DNA from: Halorussus marinus | GTDB lineage: Archaea > Halobacteriota > Halobacteria > Halobacteriales > Haladaptataceae | NCBI RefSeq assembly: GCF_004765795.1 | Contig: NZ_SBIV01000007.1 | Coordinates: 62,001-126,000 of the forward strand | Length of the DNA: 64,000 nucleotides | Reading direction: 5' to 3' | In this document: one piece after another, positions 1 through 8,939 of the stretch | Layout of the letters: every line of letters begins with the position of its first letter | Numbering within the stretch: position 1 is the stretch's first letter | Position numbers and translations under genes: made by a program | Notes under the pieces: generated by a model | Databases searched by the model: none | What the model saw: the letters and a program-made list of their open reading frames with translations, nothing else | What the model was told of the DNA's origin: nothing

Positions 1-163
1 GATCGTGGACTGTTCCATCTCTAAGGCCCTCCACCCCTTGAGGGCGAGAAAGACAGAACAGACGACTACGTCACCACGTGGCGTCAGGCCATCGCCTCTT
101 CGAAGCACTCGCGAAGCCCATAATATCACTGACCAAACTGATTGGTTTTATTTGATGCCGGTG

Positions 164-802
164 TTATCGAGTGGTTCCAGTCGTATAGTTGCGAACATTC
201 GGTAACTCCCATCCATATCTGACTGCAATAAGTCGTGATCCCACTGTCATGGTCGCACATCCACCGGCTGCGAGCGCACCGGTTCCAAAATGAATCGACA
301 GTAGCCAGTAGAGACCTCCACCAAGCACGGCACAGCTCGCATAAAAGTCCTGAAGTAGAATAAACGGGGGACGATCAAGAAGAATATCAGCGAATGCTCC
401 TCCGCCAACGGCATTAATTGTCGCGACAGCAACTACGCCGAAGGGAGACACTCCGGCATGGGTCGCCACGATTGCTCCGGTGGTTGCGAACGCGCCAAGG
501 CCGATTGCATCGGCAACCAGTGAGACCGGATGCCGATGCGGCTCATCGAGGAGCACCGAGAGTGCTGCGGCTAAAATCACTCCAAGCACTCCAAACCCGA
601 TATTTGAAAGTGTCTGGAGCGAAAGTGGGATTCGCAAGACGAGGAGATCCCGTGTTGTGCCGCCGCCAAATGCAGTAACGAGCCCAACCACACTGACGCC
701 AAACGGATCAAATCCCTCTCGAATGGCTTTACTGGCACCAACGAGTGCAAATGCGACCAATCCGACTGCATTTGCAACCCAGAACAATGCGTTTTCCAAC
801 AT
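164..802 (-). CDS. TRIC/UPF0126-family membrane protein
   Basis: Two internal repeats (TAFGGGTTRDLL and INAVGGGAFADIL) and hydrophobic throughout. ATG at 802 overlaps the upstream stop (TGATG). Confidence 0.85.
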   Translation of the reverse strand: MLENALFWVANAVGLVAFALVGASKAIREGFDPFGVSVVGLVTAFGGGTTRDLLVLRIPLSLQTLSNIGFGVLGVILAAALSVLLDEPHRHPVSLVADAIGLGAFATTGAIVATHAGVSPFGVVAVATINAVGGGAFADILLDRPPFILLQDFYASCAVLGGGLYWLLSIHFGTGALAAGGCATMTVGSRLIAVRYGWELPNVRNYTTGTTR

Positions 803-1776
803 CAATCACTACGAACTTCGTGGTCCGTATGTGCCGATGAATCTGTTTCTCGGAGGCTGACAATCGCTTGGCGCATTGTGGAACGACTGACAAGTGTGAA
901 CCCTGCAGCCACGGCCACAAACCCGACAACGGTTGTCATACTAATTGTTTGGCCAAGGAGTAGGACTGATACGACCGTTGCAGCTACTGGTTCCAGATAC
1001 GCGACAAGTGTCGTTTCAGTCGCGCCAACCTCTCTTACCAACCGGAAGTACAATAGATACCCTCCGGCTCCAGCGACGAGAGTGATGTATACCAACGAGA
1101 CAACTGCTACTGGGGAAAGCGACTGTACATCCGGCACCGATTCACCACGAAGAAAGCTACCACAAAACAGGAGTGTTGCCCCAACTAGCATTGCCCACCC
1201 TTGGAGTGCTTCCATAGGGAGCCCTTCGTCGAATAACTGGATTGTCACAGATCCAACTGCAAACAGTATCGTTCCGAGAAAGACCAAGCCGACACCGAGT
1301 GCCGTCGACGATAGTGATGTAGTACCCACTGATGGTTGTGAGAGAACTACAACGCCACTTATGCCGAGACAGAACCCAATCACGTCGGGAAGTCCACGGG
1401 ATTCCCCGAGGATGGGGACTGCAACAAGAGCTGCGACGACTGGCGACATCGTGGTGACGACGGATGCGACGGCGCCTGTAATGTGCTGTGTGCCCAAGTA
1501 GAGACCCGCTTGATAGCCACCAAACATGAACCCGCCAACGATGCTGATACTCAGGAGTTCGCGTGTCGTTTCTGGTCGCAACCGGTCCGTAGTCAATCGT
1601 GCATACCCGAGGACGATACAGCCAGAGACAGCATATCGAATCCCAGCAGCACCTAGTGGGGGAAGCTGTGAAACGACGATGTCAATTGCGGGGAACCCGG
1701 CTCCCCAGAGAAGACCCAACCCGATGATAGCTAAGCCTGCCGGAATGTGAAATCGGAATGTGTTTGGGGCCCCCAT
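802..1776 (-). CDS. EamA/DMT-family transporter
   Basis: About 10 TM segments with typical EamA motifs (LLWG, LGE, YLEPVAA). Translationally coupled to the TRIC gene. Confidence 0.9.
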   Translation of the reverse strand: MGAPNTFRFHIPAGLAIIGLGLLWGAGFPAIDIVVSQLPPLGAAGIRYAVSGCIVLGYARLTTDRLRPETTRELLSISIVGGFMFGGYQAGLYLGTQHITGAVASVVTTMSPVVAALVAVPILGESRGLPDVIGFCLGISGVVVLSQPSVGTTSLSSTALGVGLVFLGTILFAVGSVTIQLFDEGLPMEALQGWAMLVGATLLFCGSFLRGESVPDVQSLSPVAVVSLVYITLVAGAGGYLLYFRLVREVGATETTLVAYLEPVAATVVSVLLLGQTISMTTVVGFVAVAAGFTLVSRSTMRQAIVSLRETDSSAHTDHEVRSD

Positions 1777-1933
1777 ATTCTGTTGGTCGAGGGTATGTGG
1801 TAGATTGGGAATAAGTGAAGGAACGCGGCATTACTCCGAGCGTATTACGGTAAGTTCGTCATCTATTCGAAACTGAGGCCGCATTTAGTGAATAAGCTGA
1901 AGTAGCTACGAACTATGGCATGAGTCACAGCGT

Positions 1934-2413
1934 ATGGACGAGAAAGATATCCAGATTTTGAAATCGTTAGAAGAACTCGAGACGACGAGTACCGAAGCGG
2001 TGAGTGACGCAACGGGGATTCCGTTATCGACCATTCATTACCGCCTCAACAATCTCCGTGATGCTGGGGTCATCACAAACGAACGATTAGACCTCGATCT
2101 CGACGAATTCGGACTTGGAGTAACAATCCTTGTACAGATATTTACGAAGGATGATCAATCCCATACCGAGAGTGGGCAAGCTATTGCGGGTATTGAAGGG
2201 GTAACAAAAGTCTTCTTCACGATGGGGAGTACTGACTTTATCGCGTTAGCACGGTTGCCAAACAGTGACAGCGTGGAGCGATTGATTTCCGATTTTGAAG
2301 CGCTTGACGAGGTTGCTCGTACTAACTCAACGTTTGTCATCGAACGGGAACTCGATAGTCACTACCCCCTCCAACAGTACAGCGAAGAGACTCTCGTTGA
2401 AGAAGTCGGGTAG
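1934..2413 (+). CDS. Lrp/AsnC-family transcriptional regulator
   Basis: MDEKDIQILKSL N-terminus, HTH (GIPLSTIHYRLNNL) and a C-terminal RAM-like domain. Divergent from the transporter operon. Confidence 0.9.
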   Translation: MDEKDIQILKSLEELETTSTEAVSDATGIPLSTIHYRLNNLRDAGVITNERLDLDLDEFGLGVTILVQIFTKDDQSHTESGQAIAGIEGVTKVFFTMGSTDFIALARLPNSDSVERLISDFEALDEVARTNSTFVIERELDSHYPLQQYSEETLVEEVG

Positions 2414-2559
2414 TAGTTTAACTGACGCGGTCGTATCATCCAGATAGGGGAGTTGCGCGTTGCCACAAGACATTCAATTGTCGCTCGAATCTATAGACGA
2501 TCTCTGCCTCTATCACACCTACTACACCAAACCAGAATTCGAAGTTTGTCGTATTCGCG

Positions 2560-2898
2560 GTTCCGCTCGCCGACGAGACTCGCCATCTCATGTCCACCGA
2601 GGAATTCGCCGCGATGCGCGACGACGCGATTCTGATCAACGTCGCGCGTAGCCCTGTGGTCGACCAGGCGGCGCTCGTCGACGCTCTCGAAGCTGGGGCG
2701 CTCGGTGGGGCTGCACTCGACGTCTTCGAGGCGGAACCGCTGCCCGAGGAGTCCCCCCTTTGGGAGTTCGAGGAGGTTCTCATCACTCCCCACTGCGCAG
2801 GATTCACTGAGGACTACTATCGGAACGTCGCGGATCTCGTCCGGGAGAACCTCGCCCACATTGACGCTGGCGAGGAACTCGTCAATCGGATTGTGTAG
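2560..2898 (+). pseudogene. C-terminal fragment of a D-2-hydroxyacid dehydrogenase
   Basis: LINVAR, AALDVFEAEPLP and ITPHCAG motifs are present. The N-terminal two-thirds are missing; the 5' boundary is approximate. Confidence 0.85.
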
Positions 2899-2959
2899 CC
2901 GAGTGGCTTGGGATTACGCAGATCGCACAGGCCGAACAGAGGCACACGATAGACTTCCA

Positions 2960-3394
2960 CTATAGCTGTTCAGTGATATGTTCCTTGAGCAGCGTCCGGT
3001 GACAGCGTTTCTGGTCGGTGTTCTCGAAACAGACGAAGACGAGGTGTTCGTCGTCACGAAGCCGATCCGTGAGCTCAGCAACTGCCTCCTGAGCATCCGC
3101 TGCTTCGGTGAGATGTGTTCGGTACCGGTCCTCGAATCGGACCTCGTCCCAGGCAGCATTATGGGCGCCTTCGTCACACATCCCCTGCATTTTGAAATCC
3201 TCGTGGCGCTGTTTGAACTCGTCGAGGAAGTCTGGGGGTGGACCGAGTGCCGGGTAGTTCTCGTCGATCGTCGTTCTGAACCAGCCAGTTGGCCGTCGTA
3301 CCACACCCACGAACGTAGCCTCCGGGGAGATGTCTACGAGATCATGCTGTAGCGCTGCGACGTACGTGTCCTCGAGGAGGTCAGAGGTGGTCAC
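2960..3394 (-). CDS. DUF488-family protein
   Basis: VVRRP...ALGP...VCFE...CHRTLL pattern. GTG at 3394 preferred over the longer track ORF. Confidence 0.75.
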   Translation of the reverse strand: MTTSDLLEDTYVAALQHDLVDISPEATFVGVVRRPTGWFRTTIDENYPALGPPPDFLDEFKQRHEDFKMQGMCDEGAHNAAWDEVRFEDRYRTHLTEAADAQEAVAELTDRLRDDEHLVFVCFENTDQKRCHRTLLKEHITEQL

Positions 3395-3684
3395 GATCTC
3401 TGTCTTTGCCGTTCGGCGCCCAGCGTAGTCAACCTCCCGGTGGATGTCTATGGCCCCTGCCCGCTGGGGGGTTTTGTGATCGTTCGCAGAGCGAGAATAT
3501 GGCCGGGCTATGCTGTCGAGACTGTCCAGCGGGTAGGACGACCGACATTGATTCGGGCAGCGGATTGACGCATTACTGCCGGAGTACGGTTCAAATAGAG
3601 ACTGCACGTCCAACAGGTATCGAATCGACGGCTGTCTGCCGATATCGAAAGCTATAGTCCGATTTGTGAGCAAGAGCTAGGGGA

Positions 3685-4008
3685 ATGTCGTGGATCTTGC
3701 TCTTTGTAGCTGGCCTGTTCGAGATCGCTTGGGCAATTGGCTTAGAGTATTCTGACGGCCTCTCAGAACCAATCCCGACAGCGGGTACAGTCATCGCGCT
3801 CATCATCAGTATGGTGTTACTCGCGAAAGCGATACAAGACCTGCCGATCGGGACCGCGTATGCTGTGTGGACGGGGATCGGCGCCGTCGGAACCGCGACA
3901 CTCGGCATCGTCTTGTTCGACGAGCCAGCGACGAGTGCCCGCCTCCTCTTCATCTCCGTGATCGTTTTCGGGATCGTCGGTCTTCACTTCGTCTCTGGAG
4001 GCCACTAA
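3685..4008 (+). CDS. sugE: SMR-family exporter, SugE/Gdx type
   Basis: 107 aa, 4 TM, with AGLFEIAWA (membrane Glu) and LPIGTAYAVWTGIG. Confidence 0.88.
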   Translation: MSWILLFVAGLFEIAWAIGLEYSDGLSEPIPTAGTVIALIISMVLLAKAIQDLPIGTAYAVWTGIGAVGTATLGIVLFDEPATSARLLFISVIVFGIVGLHFVSGGH

Positions 4009-4036
4009 CGACGACTCACCGAACGGAGTCCGGCGG

Positions 4037-4501
4037 TTACCAGCCGTACTCCTGGTGGACCTGGCGACCTTCTTCGTTCAACAGTGGTCCGACCACATCG
4101 CTGACGCCATCCAGAATTTCCGCGCACCGAACTGTTGGCTCGCTCCCCGTGAACGCCGCGATTTCATCACTCCCGACACTGTAGACGACGCGACCGAACC
4201 CAGCTGTGGCCATCCCGCCAGCACACATCGGACACGGCTCGGTGCTCGTATACATGACCATCGCAGCGCGCTCATCAGCGTCGTACTCTCGGCACGCGCG
4301 GTACGCGAGATGGAGCTCGGGGTGGCGGCGGATATCGTCCTCCGTACTCTCGCGATTCGAATCGCTCATGATGACAGTATCGTCGCGGACGAGCACGGAG
4401 CCGAACGGTTTGTCGCCACGAGCGGTAGCCTCGCGCGCTAACTCGAAGGTATCGCGCATATGTGCGTCATGATCGAACTCGTCGAAATTGGGAGCTGCCA
4501 T
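4037..4501 (-). CDS. Zn-dependent nucleoside/nucleobase deaminase (CDA fold)
   Basis: PFGSVLV, HPE and TSTEPCPMC motifs. Confidence 0.9.
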   Translation of the reverse strand: MAAPNFDEFDHDAHMRDTFELAREATARGDKPFGSVLVRDDTVIMSDSNRESTEDDIRRHPELHLAYRACREYDADERAAMVMYTSTEPCPMCAGGMATAGFGRVVYSVGSDEIAAFTGSEPTVRCAEILDGVSDVVGPLLNEEGRQVHQEYGW

Positions 4502-4718
4502 AGCTGTATGGTAGTCTCTCTGGGTGAAGTACTTGGTTGGAACGGCGACTCAGGCTTCGTTTGGCCTGTGACGGTCCCTGTCGGTTGGTCTATCCTTCGG
4601 GAGGTGATGACGGTGATTTTTCACCCCGCTGCCAGCCTACCCTCTGACCTCCAGTATTCTAGATGTAGAGTGGTTAAGAGTCTGCAACGCGGACCTACCG
4701 ACTGAGGAATGATTCTAA

Positions 4719-5669
4719 GTGACGGATAGAATGAAGGCTGTTCGCATGCACGAGTTCGGCTCACCGGATGTCCTCAGATACGAGGATGCGCCCCGTCCGG
4801 ATCCGCTCGATGATGAGGTTCTCGTTCGGGTTCACGCAGCGGGTGTCAACCCAGTCGACTGGCGGATTCGTCAGGGAATGCAGCTGGTGTCGATGCTGCC
4901 CGAGAATCCGTTTCCCCTCATTCTCGGGATGGACGTTTCAGGCGTCGTCGAGGAGACCGGCGCGTCAGTCACTGAATTTGAGACGGGCGATGCAGTGTTC
5001 GGTGTCAACGGGTTCCCAGAGTTAGGTTCCTATGCGGAGTATTCGGCCACACCTGCCGAGCAACTAGCCCCGAAGCCCAAATCGCTCGATCACGGGGAGG
5101 CAGCTGGCGTGCCGGTCGTCACGCAGACCGCTTGGCAAGCGTTATTCGAGTATGCTGATTGCACGGCCGACCAGCGAGTTCTCATCCACGGTGCAGCAGG
5201 TGGTGTCGGACATATGGCCGTCCAGCTGGCGAAATGGAAGGGGGCCGACGTAATCGCCACAGCGTCGGGATACAGCGAAGACTATCTCCGGGAGTTAGGC
5301 GTCGATGAGTTCGTGAACTACCGCGAGGAGCGCTTCGAGTCAGTGATTGATGAGGTCGATATCGTGGTAGATACAGTCGGGGGTGAAACCCCAGCACGCT
5401 CAGTTGACGTGCTCAGGAAAAAGGGGGTGCTCGTTTCAGTCGTTGGACAACCATCCGGAGCGCTCACCACCAACCACGACATTGATGTACAGGTGGTAAG
5501 TGGGCGGTCGAATTCCCCATCGCTCCTAACAACGATTAGCGAACTGATTGACGCCGGAGAAGTGCGCCCCACGATCAGTGCCGAATTCCCACTCGAAAAT
5601 ACAGCTCAGGCACACGAAGTAGGTGAGACAGAACACGTACAAGGGAAACTCGTTCTCAGCGTAGCGTGA
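4719..5669 (+). CDS. NADP-dependent oxidoreductase (zinc-free MDR, quinone-reductase-like)
   Basis: AAGVNPVDW, VLIHGAAGGVGH and GKLVL motifs. Start is GTG 4719 or ATG 4731. Confidence 0.9.
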   Translation: MTDRMKAVRMHEFGSPDVLRYEDAPRPDPLDDEVLVRVHAAGVNPVDWRIRQGMQLVSMLPENPFPLILGMDVSGVVEETGASVTEFETGDAVFGVNGFPELGSYAEYSATPAEQLAPKPKSLDHGEAAGVPVVTQTAWQALFEYADCTADQRVLIHGAAGGVGHMAVQLAKWKGADVIATASGYSEDYLRELGVDEFVNYREERFESVIDEVDIVVDTVGGETPARSVDVLRKKGVLVSVVGQPSGALTTNHDIDVQVVSGRSNSPSLLTTISELIDAGEVRPTISAEFPLENTAQAHEVGETEHVQGKLVLSVA

Positions 5670-5839
5670 TTCGACGTGTCGTACATTGAATTGAGATCCA
5701 CAGTCAGTATCGAGTGGATCTCCCACTCCAATTCTTGTGACAATAGAATTAGAACTATTTCTCCAACACGGATTAGCGTGGCCACCGCCCTGTAGCGGAT
5801 GACTTACGGGGAGCACTTACCGAGAGAGTAATAGAACGG

Positions 5840-7006
5840 ATGGAATGGATACGGAAACTCCGGAATTCGCCAGCAGCGGCCGTGATTTTCGCGAGTACCC
5901 TCGTCGCTGTCATGGGTGTCTCACTCATCAGCCCTGTACTCCCAGCGGTCCAGGAGGCATGGAACATTTCGGAGGCACAGGCCAGCCTCTTGCTGTCGGC
6001 GTTCACGCTCCCCGGAATCTTTCTCACTCTCCCGATTGGACTGCTAACCGACCGCATCGGTCGAAAACCGATTCTAATCCCGGCGCTCGTTGTCTTCGGA
6101 CTCAGTGGTGGCGGTATCATCTTCATTTCCGACTTCACCCTGATCTTGGTCCTGCGAGCCATCCAAGGGGCGGCGAGTAGTGCGATTGCGATGCTCACGG
6201 TCACGCTCCTCGGCGACCTCTATTCCGGTGAACAACGACGAGTGCTAATTGGGACCAACGCGGCGATTCTCGCGGTGGGTGCTGCTGGCTATCCGTTACT
6301 CGGCGGTGCGCTCGCGACAGTCGCTTGGTCGGCGCCCTTCGCGTGTTTTCTCCTCGCGCTGCTCGTCGCTGTACCCGGCATAACCTTGCTCGAGGAGCCA
6401 CAGCGCGACGAGAACAATACGAATTCGAGTATCCGTGCATTCCTCACCGGGCCCACATCGATGACCCCCTTCGTCGTGCTCTATCTCGCAATCTTCGGTA
6501 TTTTTGTCATCCTCTATGGTGCGCAGCTCACCGCCGTTCCGTTCCTACTCGCCAACGAATATCAGCTCTCTTCAGCCGGTATCGGCCTTCTCGTGGGATT
6601 ACCAGCAATTTCAATGGGAGCGACAGCAATGCAAGGTGATCGCGTGCTTCGGTCGCTCACGAGCTTCCAATCGATCGCGCTCGGATTCGTGAGTTACGGG
6701 ATCGGACTCGTCATTGTCGCCGTCGCGGACTCCATATACGTAGTTGCTGGTGCACTCCTTCTATTCGGACTTGGTCAAGGACTTGCAGAGCCGATTACGG
6801 ATACGGCACTCAACGAACGAGCACCGGACGAATTCCGCGGGAGCATTATGAGTATTCGGACGAGTGTTCTCAGACTCGGCACGACGGTCGGTCCGCCGCT
6901 TAGTGTCGGGGCTGCAGCACTGTTCGGCTATCGTCAAACCCTGTTAGTGTCTGGTGCCGCTGCCTTCTTGATCGGAGTAACGTGGTTTACGGTGAGACGT
7001 CAGTGA
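5840..7006 (+). CDS. MFS transporter
   Basis: Motif A (GLLTDRIGRK) and about 12 TM segments. Confidence 0.9.
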   Translation: MEWIRKLRNSPAAAVIFASTLVAVMGVSLISPVLPAVQEAWNISEAQASLLLSAFTLPGIFLTLPIGLLTDRIGRKPILIPALVVFGLSGGGIIFISDFTLILVLRAIQGAASSAIAMLTVTLLGDLYSGEQRRVLIGTNAAILAVGAAGYPLLGGALATVAWSAPFACFLLALLVAVPGITLLEEPQRDENNTNSSIRAFLTGPTSMTPFVVLYLAIFGIFVILYGAQLTAVPFLLANEYQLSSAGIGLLVGLPAISMGATAMQGDRVLRSLTSFQSIALGFVSYGIGLVIVAVADSIYVVAGALLLFGLGQGLAEPITDTALNERAPDEFRGSIMSIRTSVLRLGTTVGPPLSVGAAALFGYRQTLLVSGAAAFLIGVTWFTVRRQ

Positions 7007-7045
7007 ACACTCAAAGTCAGCTAACAGATTGGAGACGGAATGTGT

Positions 7046-7783
7046 TCATTGGTGGGTATCCAGAATTCGACGTACGGTGACCTCGGCAAGCTGTGTGAAA
7101 CCCACTGTATCCGGCATAACATCGACAGCGATCCCATGCTTGTCGACAGCACGTTTTGTTGGTGCTCCTATCGCTCCAACAATCGTCTCCTCTAGCTCGC
7201 GTTGGAGTGCAGCGACAGCGTCACGTTCAGTCGCAATTTGAACGAAGTACTCTACCGTCTTTGGCGAGGTGAACAGTATACCGTCCAGCTTACCGTCTAC
7301 CGCAAGTGAAACCGACTGTCCCGCAGTCTCCGGTCGTTCCAAGCGATATAAGGATGTTTCGCTGACAATTGCACCAGCTGCTTCCAGTCCTTCAACAAGT
7401 ACTTCGCTGCCGTGTGCACTCCGAGCAAGTTCAACGGTTTGGCCCTCGACATCAGTAGATAACTCGTCGACGAGTCCTGTGGATGTGAACGTCGATGGAA
7501 CGATATCGACTGAATAGCCCCGATTGCATAATGCGGTTGCAGTCTGATCTCCGACAGCACAAACAGTGGTTCCTCGTTGTTTCCATCCTGCTGTCGCAGC
7601 TAGATCGACACCGGTCTCGCTTGTGAAGATACAGTAATCCGCATGTTGGGGAACCTGACCGGTCGGTGTGATTGCCAGCATCGGGTCTGGAATCGGGGAT
7701 ACATCGAGTGACTGGAGATACTCGACCGCCTCAACGATACGGCTGTCGTCGGGTCGGAGAACAGCCACCGTCGGCTGGGACAT
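7046..7783 (-). CDS. hemD: Uroporphyrinogen-III synthase
   Basis: Two HemD half-domains: IFTS...VCAVGDQTA and LFTSP...AIG. Confidence 0.85.
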   Translation of the reverse strand: MSQPTVAVLRPDDSRIVEAVEYLQSLDVSPIPDPMLAITPTGQVPQHADYCIFTSETGVDLAATAGWKQRGTTVCAVGDQTATALCNRGYSVDIVPSTFTSTGLVDELSTDVEGQTVELARSAHGSEVLVEGLEAAGAIVSETSLYRLERPETAGQSVSLAVDGKLDGILFTSPKTVEYFVQIATERDAVAALQRELEETIVGAIGAPTKRAVDKHGIAVDVMPDTVGFTQLAEVTVRRILDTHQ

Positions 7784-7874
7784 ATTGAACAGTTAGCCGA
7801 TGCTGGACTTGTGTGTATCGAGAATCGGCGACCAGTCTCGAACGATTCAAACCGGCATCCTGCTAATTGCCGGT

Positions 7875-8849
7875 ATGGACGAGGAGTCTCACGACCACGT
7901 TGTTCCCGGAAGTGATGAAGAGTTGACCACGCCAGACGTGCAGGGCTACGACTTCCGTGGCGAATTCGATTTTCAGGAGATGCTGGAAGCGTATGCAACG
8001 ACGGGCTTTCAGGCGACGCAACTCGCAGAGGCCATCGACATCGCCGAGCAAATGCAAGACGCCGATGCCACGATCTATCTCACATGCACGTCGAATATCA
8101 TTTCGTCGGGATTGCGTGAAGTCGTCGCCTACCTCGTTCGTGAAGGGTACGTCGACGTGCTTATCACGACCGCGGGATCGCTGGCGGAGGATGTTATCAA
8201 AACGGCGAAGCCGTTCAAAATGGGAGAGTGGGATGCGGACGAGGCCGCGCTCCGAGAACAGGGAATCAACCGTCTTGGGAATCTCTTTGTTCCTTCCGAC
8301 CGATACGTCTGGTTGGAGGAGTACCTGTACGACTTCTTCGAGGAGTTCTTCGCCGACGAAAAGGTCCGGACGCCGACGGCGTTTGCCCGCGAGTTAGGGG
8401 AGACACTCGACGATCCCGATTCGGTCCTGAAGCAAGCGGCGGACAACGACGTTCCCGTGTACTGTCCAGCGCTGACGGACGCCGAAGTTGGGAACTTTCT
8501 CTACTATTACAGACAGGGATACGACTCGGAAGTCGGCATCGAAATCCTCGACGATTATGACTCGCTTATCGAGGACGGGATGCTTGCTGACACGACAGGT
8601 CTGATCGCAGTTGGAGGGGGCGTCCCGAAACACCACGCGATTATGACAAATCTGTTCCGTGGCGGGGCGGATTACGTCGTCTACATCTCGACTGGTATGG
8701 AAGGGGATGGCTCACTCTCTGGAGCGCCCCCGAACGAGGCAGTATCGTGGGGGAAGATCAAAGACGATGAGCGGACGAATTACACGCAGGTTGAAGCAGA
8801 AGCAACGCTCGTCTTCCCACTGCTTGTAGCGGGTGCTTTCAGCGAGTGA
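7875..8849 (+). CDS. dhs: Deoxyhypusine synthase
   Basis: GFQA, SNIISSGLRE, GGGVPKHH and DGSLSGAPPNEAVSWGKI (catalytic Lys retained). ATG 7875 chosen as start. Confidence 0.93.
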   Translation: MDEESHDHVVPGSDEELTTPDVQGYDFRGEFDFQEMLEAYATTGFQATQLAEAIDIAEQMQDADATIYLTCTSNIISSGLREVVAYLVREGYVDVLITTAGSLAEDVIKTAKPFKMGEWDADEAALREQGINRLGNLFVPSDRYVWLEEYLYDFFEEFFADEKVRTPTAFARELGETLDDPDSVLKQAADNDVPVYCPALTDAEVGNFLYYYRQGYDSEVGIEILDDYDSLIEDGMLADTTGLIAVGGGVPKHHAIMTNLFRGGADYVVYISTGMEGDGSLSGAPPNEAVSWGKIKDDERTNYTQVEAEATLVFPLLVAGAFSE

Positions 8850-8939
8850 GTGCGATCTGCTGATTAAACTGGCGCTGTAGCAGACTGTAGCTAGAAAGCG
8901 TAGTAGGGTGGTTACAGTTGATGCTTGGCGGTCAACCGT

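Noticed and set aside
3400..3684. Guanidine riboswitch upstream of sugE/gdx
   Set aside because: I could see no tandem ACGR-loop hairpins or ykkC consensus. An Rfam scan would settle it.
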